From a virus (taxonomy: Duplodnaviria > Caudoviricetes), in the IMG/VR virus record IMGVR_UViG_3300031993_000012, positions 64,001 to 128,000 of that record: DNA of 64,000 bases; one strand, written 5' to 3'. The number at the start of each line of letters is the position of its first letter. Within the stretch, counting starts at the first letter, position 1. The notes under the pieces are model-generated. The model was given only the letters and a program-made list of their open reading frames with translations. It was not told where the DNA came from and did no database searches. The position numbers were made by a program, and so were the translations under genes. This document shows, one piece after another, positions 1 to 9,405 of this stretch.

Positions 1-24
1 CACTCCTTTAAAATAATAAAATGT

Positions 25-49
25 TAATGGGGAGAATTACTCCCCATTA
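25..49 (-). terminator. hairpin/terminator at end of rusA
   Basis: taatggggag-aatta-ctccccatta. Confidence 0.6.
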
Positions 50-601
50 TTCAAGACGCATCACTTTTAATAATGCTTTAGGTACTTTATCCATGTATTC
101 GATAGTAACTTCATAACGTGGTCGATTAGAATAATATTTGTTTGTATGTGATTCTACAATCAATCTATCATCTTCAAGTATTCCCTGTTTACCACGTTTT
201 TCATTATGAGTCATCATATCGAATACAGCTTTGTCGAAGTTATCGACATCACCGATGTTTCCCCACGGTCTTATATACCCGTGTTCTGCCAAAAACTTCT
301 GACTCTTTGTCATACTATTTGGAATTGGCATATAAATGTCAACTTTGATTTTACACGGAGTCGTTATATATAAACCATTTAATTTTGGACACACGACATC
401 ATTGAAGAATTTTGCATTCTTTGCAGCTCCAGGTACATATACACGATATCCAGATAAACGTGGACGATGTGATGGTACTGGAACTGTTGGTATTATAAAT
501 GATACCTTTTTCCATTTGATCTTTTTATATACAGCAAGAAAACTGAGAACCGTATTCTTGACTGTTGTAGAAAGATTATCAAGCTCTGTAATGATACTCA
601 T
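47..601 (-). CDS. rusA: RusA-family Holliday junction resolvase
   Basis: RusA motifs IYMPIPNS...GDVDNFDKAVFD...LEDDRLIVE..KYYS..PR.EV.I. Confidence 0.8.
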   Translation of the reverse strand: MSIITELDNLSTTVKNTVLSFLAVYKKIKWKKVSFIIPTVPVPSHRPRLSGYRVYVPGAAKNAKFFNDVVCPKLNGLYITTPCKIKVDIYMPIPNSMTKSQKFLAEHGYIRPWGNIGDVDNFDKAVFDMMTHNEKRGKQGILEDDRLIVESHTNKYYSNRPRYEVTIEYMDKVPKALLKVMRLE

Positions 602-614
602 ATATTACACACCA

Positions 615-1922
615 TTAGTTTGCATATATACGGTAATAAATGAGTATCTCCCAGTCCGATTGGATTGGTAATGCATTAAATGTGTAATATGTTATGAGCT
701 TTATACGTTGAGCTTCATCAGTGATTTCACCTTCAGAAATAGAATATGCAGCAGTATCAGCGTATTCTTTGAACTTGTCTGTTGCATAAACAAATTGATC
801 CAGATGATATAAATCATTGACTTCAATGTTTGTGGATAAACGGAGATGATCTTTAATGGTGTTGAAATCAATTGTTTCGCCTTCACCGGTATCAATGATA
901 GTGTTCATATCTGTCATGAATGCATCGATATGAGTTTCGGTAATTGTTTCCCCGAGTGTAGCAGATAATACTTCATTGATTTCAAACGCAATCTGTTGAA
1001 TCTTTGCAACCAATTCAGCATCATATTCAGTGTTACCAAATATGAGTTTTATGATCTTCTGTACATGAGTATCGTATAATCTTTCAACGACACTAATAGC
1101 ACCCGGTATAGCATCATATGCAACCAAACCAAGTTCATTGATTTGTGCAGTACCAGTATTTCCATCGTGATTGAAATATGCAATACAATCGTTTTCATCT
1201 AATGATAAATGACACTCTGCATATGATTCAATACGATTTGTTTTGCCCTGACCATTTGGTGCACCCGGTCCGAGGTCATCTTGTGTAACGGGATCAACAT
1301 AATCCCAACGTTCACCATCTTTCCACCATGAATGGTATATATGTGGTGTATCATCAAACTTCTTAATGTAGTATGCTTTTACATTATTATTTGATGAAGA
1401 TGAGGGACGATGAATACCGAGATATTTATTTGCTTCAGTTGGTGATAATGCAGTAAGATCAGTTGTTTCTCTGAATGGAATTGCATTTCTTAAACGTGTA
1501 AATGCATAATTGGTATTCTTTGCGGTGATTGCATCTTCTGCAGAACCACCATTACCAATCATAAATCCCTGAATGAAATGAGTTGCTGAAATATTAGTAT
1601 CCATTTCAGTATAATCATCAGGATTGATTCCGATGCGCATTTGATCGTCATTGTTGAGATCCGGTATAATGATTGTTGAATCCTTACCCATATCTTCTGC
1701 ATCAGTACCGGGACCATGGTATGAGTCCAGGTATAAACCGAACATCTTCATCAGTACCCACTGGTATCCAGAAATGGATATGACATTGGTACTCTTTTCA
1801 TGGAACACCTTTTCTCCGGTAATTTTGTTTCTGCGATATATACTGATTTCTCCAACCAATCCATGGGTATCACCAACATTGATTGAATCTTCGAATAATA
1901 TCGCTCTATCATTCTTATTCAT
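615..1922 (-). CDS. putative baseplate/tail-associated structural protein
   Basis: 435 aa, SD GGAGG; between tail fibre and rusA; INELGL-type motif seen in baseplate/tail proteins. Confidence 0.45.
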   Translation of the reverse strand: MNKNDRAILFEDSINVGDTHGLVGEISIYRRNKITGEKVFHEKSTNVISISGYQWVLMKMFGLYLDSYHGPGTDAEDMGKDSTIIIPDLNNDDQMRIGINPDDYTEMDTNISATHFIQGFMIGNGGSAEDAITAKNTNYAFTRLRNAIPFRETTDLTALSPTEANKYLGIHRPSSSSNNNVKAYYIKKFDDTPHIYHSWWKDGERWDYVDPVTQDDLGPGAPNGQGKTNRIESYAECHLSLDENDCIAYFNHDGNTGTAQINELGLVAYDAIPGAISVVERLYDTHVQKIIKLIFGNTEYDAELVAKIQQIAFEINEVLSATLGETITETHIDAFMTDMNTIIDTGEGETIDFNTIKDHLRLSTNIEVNDLYHLDQFVYATDKFKEYADTAAYSISEGEITDEAQRIKLITYYTFNALPIQSDWEILIYYRIYAN

Positions 1923-1934
1923 TAAATAACCTCC

Positions 1935-4900
1935 TTAATCGATGATTTGTCCATCTATATGGTACCAACCCGTCCATGAGTTGTTCTTTTTATATCGTAT
2001 ATAAACAATACCCAATTTTTCAAATGAGTATAATTTCTGAATGGCATAACCGGAATCAGATATAACGGGTTTCTGTTCAACACGGAATATACCTAAACCG
2101 GTAGTAGGACGATGTTCAATTGAATCGGTTGTATCTGCATCAGCATAATAATTTCCGGTAGTCAGATTGTTTAAATCGAAACCATTCTTCAGTTTCTTAA
2201 TATCGTAATCTGCTTCGAGTGTAAGCTTACCATCTTTATCAAATGTCAATCCAGCACCGACATTAACACCGATACCACCTTGCTGAGAAACTGATACATT
2301 ACCATTGGCATCCGCGCTAATGGCTTTGATGTTGTATGTGTTTGTCAAACCACGTGATGTATCGATTGGTGCAATCAGTTTACCATCGGGATCAAACATC
2401 AATCCATCGTCTTTAAGAGCAACCAAACGTGAACGATATTCAGTATGGATTTCATCAGTATCACCGGATGGAACATAACCAATGTCATTTGCACGGATTC
2501 TTATGATTAATGAATTCGGACCACCTGTATCATTTTCTGAATTCCATGTCACATTACCAGCAATTGATAATCCCAAACCATATTTGGTATTTATATATGC
2601 TGAAAGTGGTATATTTTTATCAAGTGCAGATTTGTTCTGTAATAAGTTAACAACTGGATGCTGGTTACTCATCATATCAGTTTCATGATATATCGTTGGA
2701 TTTATGCTCAACGACAACTTCTTTTCATCACCGATAAAATCAAACGAATGATCAGCAAGTATATGAAGTTGTTTCTTAATATCTTCACCTTCACCACGGC
2801 GTTCTACAACTAATCCTTGACCAGCACGTACTTCCAAACGTTTGTCTGAATTAATACCGATTGATTCATTATCATAACGAACACATACTTTACCAGATAA
2901 ATCGAATGGATGATCACTGTAAGTATCCCATGTTTCAGGTGTCACATATTCACCACGAATCTCCAAACCATCACCGACATTCACCATCAATCCACCAGAT
3001 AATGCATATGATTCAAGTTGCTCGTCTGTTATTGGTAATGGGTCAGTATTAATATACGGATCTTCGTTTTTACCGAACATTGATTTTTCCAATTTATCAT
3101 GTGCACCAATAACACGTAATCCAGACATATTAAACATGTATAACGGATTAGTGTATACACTTTCTTCAGTCTCACTACCACGACCAAGTGCTTTGGGTTT
3201 AACGACTTTGAATAAATTGACGCCGATATATGAAGGCGGTTCTTTTTCGTATGTCGGATATGTGTATGGTATTGATGCAGACCAGTTTACTGCATACTTC
3301 GAACCATATTTGGTTACACCATCAGAAGACTCTTGTACGCATATATCATGCGGAATCAAACACAGCGACAAGTCAGTCATTATTGTAATACCACCAACTG
3401 AAGCTTGATCGTTTGGCATTACATCAACCGGACCACCTGGGAGCACAGCCATACGTTTCATACGGTTTGGTTCAACCAAACTATTTCCAGCATATGGAAC
3501 AACTCTTGCGGATTTACCATCGTGACGATATTCGCCCCAGTTTTCCGCAATTGCAATACCGGAAATATCCAATGTTCGATTCCACAAACCATTTGCATTT
3601 ACGTGACCTTTACGTGTTTTAACTTCTATTACGTCACTGAACTGGTCTTCATGAAATTCCTTGTCGTATATTTTATACTGTAAGCTATTACCTACCAATG
3701 GACGTAATGAATAGAAATCAACTGTATATCCAGTTGTCGGTGATAATCTATCAGGTGCAGATGTTACTTTACCAATACACATACCACGCATCATCAGTTC
3801 ATACGATGTTCCAGGTGGAATCTGATATTTGGCTTTAATCCAACAATCATTGCTTTCTATAAAGACTGAATATCCTGATGCGGTAGATGTATTTCTGATA
3901 CTGATATAACTATCACCGGTATCAGTTGGATCAACTGGTGCTGGATACCCTGCATTTTCATCGTATGGATTCATATAACGAATGATCGGTTTTGTTTCGT
4001 ATATACCACCACCCGGTCCAATATCAGGCATATCATCGATAGTAATTGGTTCACAGTATAACAGATTAACTGATGCAACTGGTCCTTCAAATGCACCATC
4101 TTTGATTCCGGTTACAACAAACTTTGCTTTCAAAAATGGTTTATCAACGTCAACAATATCACCGACACGATAACCATCACCAGATTTATTATAATTGAAT
4201 TGTTTATCATCCGGATTGGTTTTAACCAACTCCACATAATTCTTTTCAGCATTCAATGTATACAGCGGACCATCCTGAATACGGTAATCTTTGAAGTTAC
4301 ATACAACAGTATCATTCTTATGCAGTGATAAATCTTTAAGATAAAAATTACCACCGATTGGTGGTGATAGACGTCTACCATTGATCTGAATATTACATTG
4401 TGGATATTCTATTTGAGTACCAGGTTCTGTACTTGTTGTAGATAACATACCACCTAAGAAAATATATGTACCCGGATGCTGAGTGTCTTCAGTATAATTT
4501 CCGTAAATTCCATCATAGAAATGCAACTTACCGGAAATCATCGTATCATCAATCTTCAGACCTTTTTCACTGGCAGTACCTTCGTGATTAACATACAATG
4601 CACGTTCACTGGATGAAATATTAACACGCAATTCACCGGCTTTCATTTCCGGATGTGTTGTATCAGAAACCACATTTTTGTATATCAGAGAATCATCAGT
4701 CAAACCGATACCATTGATTGGTTTTGTATTGGCAACAAGAACATTTGTAAGTGGATCAAGAACAATACAACCAATATATGGACGTGTATCATCAGTGTCA
4801 TTCCAATGTTCAACATAAAATGGAGCAAACAAATCATCCAAATTATGCTGATTCAAGCATTCATTTAAATCACTTTCAGTATCAAATAATTTAAGTTTCT

Positions 4901-5210
4901 TAAAACCGAATTGTTTTGTGAGTTCATCGATTACCCAACTTTTTATATCATTGAATGATATGTTGTCAACATTCTCAAGACCAACATCGGATGAATCTAA
5001 AACAACAACACCAGTTCTACCATTAACGGAGTTCACAACACGAGCAAGTTTATTGTTTATTGCCGCCCATATACGTTCAAGTGTTTCATTTAATGCTGTA
5101 CCTGATTGGTCATCGTTCACAGATTTTGTGTTCGTACTAGGATAAATATCTTCAGAAACAACGTCATCACCAACAATGGTTTCTCTCGAAAGCTGCACTT
5201 TGTCATCCAT
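1935..5210 (-). CDS. tail fibre protein
   Basis: VNSVNGRTGVVVL..DVGLENVDN fibre motif; G.GL.FD.DGKL repeats; C-terminal pyocin-knob-like DLNNLTTGNYY...AIQKLY...YIRYKKNNSWTGW; start moved to ATG after AAGGAGTG. Confidence 0.7.
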   Translation of the reverse strand: MDDKVQLSRETIVGDDVVSEDIYPSTNTKSVNDDQSGTALNETLERIWAAINNKLARVVNSVNGRTGVVVLDSSDVGLENVDNISFNDIKSWVIDELTKQFGFKKLKLFDTESDLNECLNQHNLDDLFAPFYVEHWNDTDDTRPYIGCIVLDPLTNVLVANTKPINGIGLTDDSLIYKNVVSDTTHPEMKAGELRVNISSSERALYVNHEGTASEKGLKIDDTMISGKLHFYDGIYGNYTEDTQHPGTYIFLGGMLSTTSTEPGTQIEYPQCNIQINGRRLSPPIGGNFYLKDLSLHKNDTVVCNFKDYRIQDGPLYTLNAEKNYVELVKTNPDDKQFNYNKSGDGYRVGDIVDVDKPFLKAKFVVTGIKDGAFEGPVASVNLLYCEPITIDDMPDIGPGGGIYETKPIIRYMNPYDENAGYPAPVDPTDTGDSYISIRNTSTASGYSVFIESNDCWIKAKYQIPPGTSYELMMRGMCIGKVTSAPDRLSPTTGYTVDFYSLRPLVGNSLQYKIYDKEFHEDQFSDVIEVKTRKGHVNANGLWNRTLDISGIAIAENWGEYRHDGKSARVVPYAGNSLVEPNRMKRMAVLPGGPVDVMPNDQASVGGITIMTDLSLCLIPHDICVQESSDGVTKYGSKYAVNWSASIPYTYPTYEKEPPSYIGVNLFKVVKPKALGRGSETEESVYTNPLYMFNMSGLRVIGAHDKLEKSMFGKNEDPYINTDPLPITDEQLESYALSGGLMVNVGDGLEIRGEYVTPETWDTYSDHPFDLSGKVCVRYDNESIGINSDKRLEVRAGQGLVVERRGEGEDIKKQLHILADHSFDFIGDEKKLSLSINPTIYHETDMMSNQHPVVNLLQNKSALDKNIPLSAYINTKYGLGLSIAGNVTWNSENDTGGPNSLIIRIRANDIGYVPSGDTDEIHTEYRSRLVALKDDGLMFDPDGKLIAPIDTSRGLTNTYNIKAISADANGNVSVSQQGGIGVNVGAGLTFDKDGKLTLEADYDIKKLKNGFDLNNLTTGNYYADADTTDSIEHRPTTGLGIFRVEQKPVISDSGYAIQKLYSFEKLGIVYIRYKKNNSWTGWYHIDGQIID

Positions 5211-5247
5211 TAAAATCACTCCTTTATATAGTTATATACCGGGTGTA

Positions 5248-5261
5248 AACGCTGTGGTAAT
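5248..5261 (+). promoter_or_regulatory. late-type promoter motif
   Basis: AACG-CTGTG-GTAAT upstream of the baseplate gene; matches a motif found 7 times upstream of genes. Confidence 0.55.
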
Positions 5262-5279
5262 GTACGTTCGACCGCGGGT

Positions 5280-5293
5280 ATTACCAGTTGGTT
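5280..5293 (-). promoter_or_regulatory. late-type promoter motif
   Basis: minus strand AACC-AACTG-GTAAT upstream of tail fibre gene. Confidence 0.6.
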
Positions 5294-5328
5294 GACTGTA
5301 TAATCTACCCGAAAGGACAGTGATTTCT

Positions 5329-8300
5329 ATGGCAGAATCAGTTGTTTTAAACAATTATTCTGATGATTCTCAGATCAAATCGTTTATTAATAATAATCTG
5401 ATGCCACGTGTATTCAAGAATATACCATTGAATGTTTTGAACATGGGTGAGTTTTCTATTATAAATGAATATTTGTCACAAGGAATGGAAAATCTTGCAT
5501 TCACGTCATCATTTTATTTCAATGAAAGTTTTATAACCAAAGCCGTATTACCAGATTCAATATTTGCAGAAGCTGCATTATTCAATCTCGGTTATTCATT
5601 TGCAACTCCATCTGCATGTAATATGTTATTGGAATTGAATCTCGATGACATATATCGAAACGCAACATTGAATTCAGAAACCGGGTTATATGAATTCATA
5701 CTGGATAAAGATACAATCATAAATCTGTTGGATAATGGTAATGAATATTCATTGGATTATGATATATTGATTCAATATCGAAATGTACAAACATCTGAAA
5801 GTACAGCTCCGATACCAGCATGGAATTGTCAATATACCAATATGGATGAATTGAATGTTATTGCAACGAATAAAGATCGTTATATAACATACCGAGTTAC
5901 AACAAAATGGTTATGTTTATTCATCCAAGTAAATGAATATAAACGAACCAAGTATGTCGTTACAAATAACACAACCAGTGGTATTGCAACATCGGACAAA
6001 TTGATTACATGTACAAATCACATTTGTGGATTTGATGTTAAATACGTTGATACTGATGGAACGTATCAATGGATTCCACATGATCACATATTACCAATAC
6101 ATTCAAATGTTACCGACAATGAACCATACATTCATTATGTAATGGACAACCCACAAACCATTCGTTTCATGTTCCAACTCGATGGACCGAAACGTTTTAC
6201 ACCAACAATGAATTCACGTTTCGAAATATATGTCTATACATGTCATGGAGAAGCAGCAAACTTCAAAGAATGGGATAATGAAGAATCGCAACCAAAGGTG
6301 ATATCAAAGGTTAATAAATATCCAAACAATGCAAATGTTTTGAAAGCATGTTTCGTTCTTGCAGGTGGTAGTTTCGGTGGTACAAACATTGGTACAGTTG
6401 AAACCGTTCGTCGTGAAACTATTGAAGCATATAATACTGTACATGTATTATCGACTGATCATGATTTAGCTGAGTGGATGAAAACATTTTATTTCAAAAA
6501 TGTATTGTATCCATATTTCTTCAAACGTCGTGATGATCCATGGGGTCGTATCTGGAGTGGTTATTTGGCACTCAAAGATGATGATGATTATGTTTACAGA
6601 ACCAATACACTTCATGCGTATATTCCATACAATGTTTTGTATAGTAACAATGAGAATACTGTAACAAACAATGAAATCATTATACCACCCGGATGGACAT
6701 GGGTTTATAATGATTACACTGAACGAATGACATTACATCCAATAACAAAAACCGCGTCTAATAAAGTTGAAACGGTTAAATCGTTGGATAGTTATCCGGA
6801 TAAATTTGTATTTGCAAATCCATTTGGTATTCGTATTCAGAAAGAACCATTTGCTATGGGATATTTTAATCCTTGGGTAAATCAATTCTTAACAACTACG
6901 AATACTGGATTTAAGAATATAAATCCAACTGATGACACTGATCCGGTTGTATTATATCATGCGACTGCAGTTTATACTGAGATACAACGTTTGTACAAAG
7001 ATGATTATTACCGTTTGACAACATTCATTTTACCATCAATTGATTATTGGGGTACACGTAATAATTCATTGGTTCCATATTTACGACGCAATGCAACTGA
7101 ACCTGCATTCGTTACTCAGATATGGAATTATTTCCAACATCCATTGGATATGTATGCACCATCAATTCCAATGATTGCATTATCTGAAGATGAAGATGGT
7201 TATTTACCTTATGACAAAGAAAAGACATATTTCTGTGTTGAAACAAAGAATCAGATAGATGGTTCATCATGGAGTTTACAAAACATCTGGATTGATGATT
7301 ACACGAGTATTGAACATAAACGTGTATATTTACCAATAAATGGTGAAATTACCAGATTGGTTGGTTCTGACGATATCTGGGGAACGAATGGTATCTGTAA
7401 AGATTACTCCGTATATTCAACGGGTATAACTGATATCAATATTTATCCTGTGACAATTGTTGATAAAGGCATTGAATTTGGTCGTGTACAAAATCAGAAT
7501 TATTATCGTATGGGATTAGATGAATCTGCTGTTACTGGTAGAATCAGAAAGATCGTTGTTGACAATGCAACATTATCATCTGAAACTGCATATGGTGAAA
7601 ATCGTTTGTATCGTATCGGTGATAAATACAACAACGTTTATCTCAATATACATTACGATGATGGGACCGTTGATGCTGTATTGATTTCAAATGCTGCTGT
7701 TGTTTATACACCATATAAGTGTGTGTATGATGAAGTATCTGGTATGTACGAAATCGATATGCAGAATGTATCCGGTGGCGAAGTAATTGTTTATGCAGAA
7801 ATGAAACCTGCTGCTGACAGTGGATCTATTGAATATTACCGTGTACCTTTCTCGGTAATAGAAAAGAATACACCTCTCTTCAGCATAGAAAATAAACTGT
7901 TGCCAGTTGCTGATAATAATATGCGTGTTATTATATCTGCATCAATAAATGGCGCTGTTGTTGGATATACTGAAATGCAACCTGTATCTCGTGAGAATGA
8001 TGGTAGCTATCGTTACGATGTTCAGATTTATCCATTAAATGAATTGGTTGATATCGATGATCGTATTGCTATTGCTTCTACCGATATCGGTGGTGGCTCA
8101 TGGATATCTCTTAACCGTGGATCCGCAGTTACAGTAAATGCATCAGATCCAAAGTTCAAAATATCAATACTGGTACGCGCAGAAACACCGAACTATGAAT
8201 CTGAAATTTATGGTAATTCAAAATATGATGGATTCCGTATTGTTGATGAATACACAATTGATTCATTTGAGTTGGTTCAAGAATTAAAAGAAATGCGATC

Positions 8301-9372
8301 GATTGTTGATTTCGGTGACAGCACCGTTCCATCAAAAGAACAGATGTCGAATTACAATAGTTTCATCGGTTTGTATAATCCATCATCTGAAGAAAATAAT
8401 ATCTATACATTATACAAATATGCATATGATCGTACTAATGGAATGCGTGATACATATCCATTACCGTATGATGAAGTGGTTGTGACCGCAACGAATATGC
8501 TTAATGAATTCGATGAATATCTGTTGGTATATCAAGAAATCATATCATCAATTGTTCCAACAAGTATGACAGAGATTGCAGATGTAATAAAATCAATCAC
8601 TGAATCTAAATCGGAAACACTTGATGATGTTGATTGGGATAATGTAGCCGCAGTGCTTCAAGGTTATATCGGTAGAATAAATAATGCATTCTCAACTGTC
8701 AATGTCAACGGAGGAGTTAATATTCAATTGGTTCCATTTGTTGAAAGTAGTCTGATGGTTAATGATCGATTCGGTAATTTCGTTGAATCATTTGTAAATG
8801 TTCACAAGGTAATTGAACCCATCATTTTCAACAGATTAGATGGTAACCATTATCTTGATTGCAAACTGATTGCAACTTATGGACTTCCACATACATATTG
8901 TACAGATATTGAGAAGATGAAAAATCTTCCGAAGGATCAAACACACTTCTGGCCAAACTTAGCAATACAAATATCATTTGATGTAAAATTCAAGAATCCT
9001 GCATTAACCACAAATACAACTGATGAATTGAAGAACATTGTTAAATCATACTTCAATAAATTAACAACGCTTCATACATCAACTGACACTGTTAGCATGA
9101 ATAACAATATTTACATTTCACGACTCATACACGAGATGGGTAATCATGATAATGTTGAATATTTGAAATTCAATGGATTCTATACAGATGAAGCTAAAGA
9201 TCCAAATGGTGATTACATGGATGCAAATATCCAAGTCATCGTTCAGCGTTGGGATACTTTAGAAGATTTCCCGAAGTACAGTAGTAACGGAAAACAAATT
9301 TCCGAATTGGAAAACTTTGTTCCGGAAATGTTCGTACTTGATAATGATAGCATCATAATCAATAGCATATGA
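5329..9372 (+). CDS. baseplate wedge protein
   Basis: N-terminal ESFITKAVLPDSIFAEAALF.LGY...PS, YTCHGEAANF and GGTN..TVE..RR..I resemble T4 gp6/baseplate-J-like wedge proteins. Confidence 0.65.
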   Translation: MAESVVLNNYSDDSQIKSFINNNLMPRVFKNIPLNVLNMGEFSIINEYLSQGMENLAFTSSFYFNESFITKAVLPDSIFAEAALFNLGYSFATPSACNMLLELNLDDIYRNATLNSETGLYEFILDKDTIINLLDNGNEYSLDYDILIQYRNVQTSESTAPIPAWNCQYTNMDELNVIATNKDRYITYRVTTKWLCLFIQVNEYKRTKYVVTNNTTSGIATSDKLITCTNHICGFDVKYVDTDGTYQWIPHDHILPIHSNVTDNEPYIHYVMDNPQTIRFMFQLDGPKRFTPTMNSRFEIYVYTCHGEAANFKEWDNEESQPKVISKVNKYPNNANVLKACFVLAGGSFGGTNIGTVETVRRETIEAYNTVHVLSTDHDLAEWMKTFYFKNVLYPYFFKRRDDPWGRIWSGYLALKDDDDYVYRTNTLHAYIPYNVLYSNNENTVTNNEIIIPPGWTWVYNDYTERMTLHPITKTASNKVETVKSLDSYPDKFVFANPFGIRIQKEPFAMGYFNPWVNQFLTTTNTGFKNINPTDDTDPVVLYHATAVYTEIQRLYKDDYYRLTTFILPSIDYWGTRNNSLVPYLRRNATEPAFVTQIWNYFQHPLDMYAPSIPMIALSEDEDGYLPYDKEKTYFCVETKNQIDGSSWSLQNIWIDDYTSIEHKRVYLPINGEITRLVGSDDIWGTNGICKDYSVYSTGITDINIYPVTIVDKGIEFGRVQNQNYYRMGLDESAVTGRIRKIVVDNATLSSETAYGENRLYRIGDKYNNVYLNIHYDDGTVDAVLISNAAVVYTPYKCVYDEVSGMYEIDMQNVSGGEVIVYAEMKPAADSGSIEYYRVPFSVIEKNTPLFSIENKLLPVADNNMRVIISASINGAVVGYTEMQPVSRENDGSYRYDVQIYPLNELVDIDDRIAIASTDIGGGSWISLNRGSAVTVNASDPKFKISILVRAETPNYESEIYGNSKYDGFRIVDEYTIDSFELVQELKEMRSIVDFGDSTVPSKEQMSNYNSFIGLYNPSSEENNIYTLYKYAYDRTNGMRDTYPLPYDEVVVTATNMLNEFDEYLLVYQEIISSIVPTSMTEIADVIKSITESKSETLDDVDWDNVAAVLQGYIGRINNAFSTVNVNGGVNIQLVPFVESSLMVNDRFGNFVESFVNVHKVIEPIIFNRLDGNHYLDCKLIATYGLPHTYCTDIEKMKNLPKDQTHFWPNLAIQISFDVKFKNPALTTNTTDELKNIVKSYFNKLTTLHTSTDTVSMNNNIYISRLIHEMGNHDNVEYLKFNGFYTDEAKDPNGDYMDANIQVIVQRWDTLEDFPKYSSNGKQISELENFVPEMFVLDNDSIIINSI

Positions 9373-9379
9373 AATAGTA

Positions 9380-9399
9380 GGAGGGGCTAAAGCCCCTCC
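9380..9399. terminator. hairpin between convergent genes
   Basis: ggaggggct-aa-agcccctcc. Confidence 0.65.
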
Positions 9400-9405
9400 G
9401 ATATA

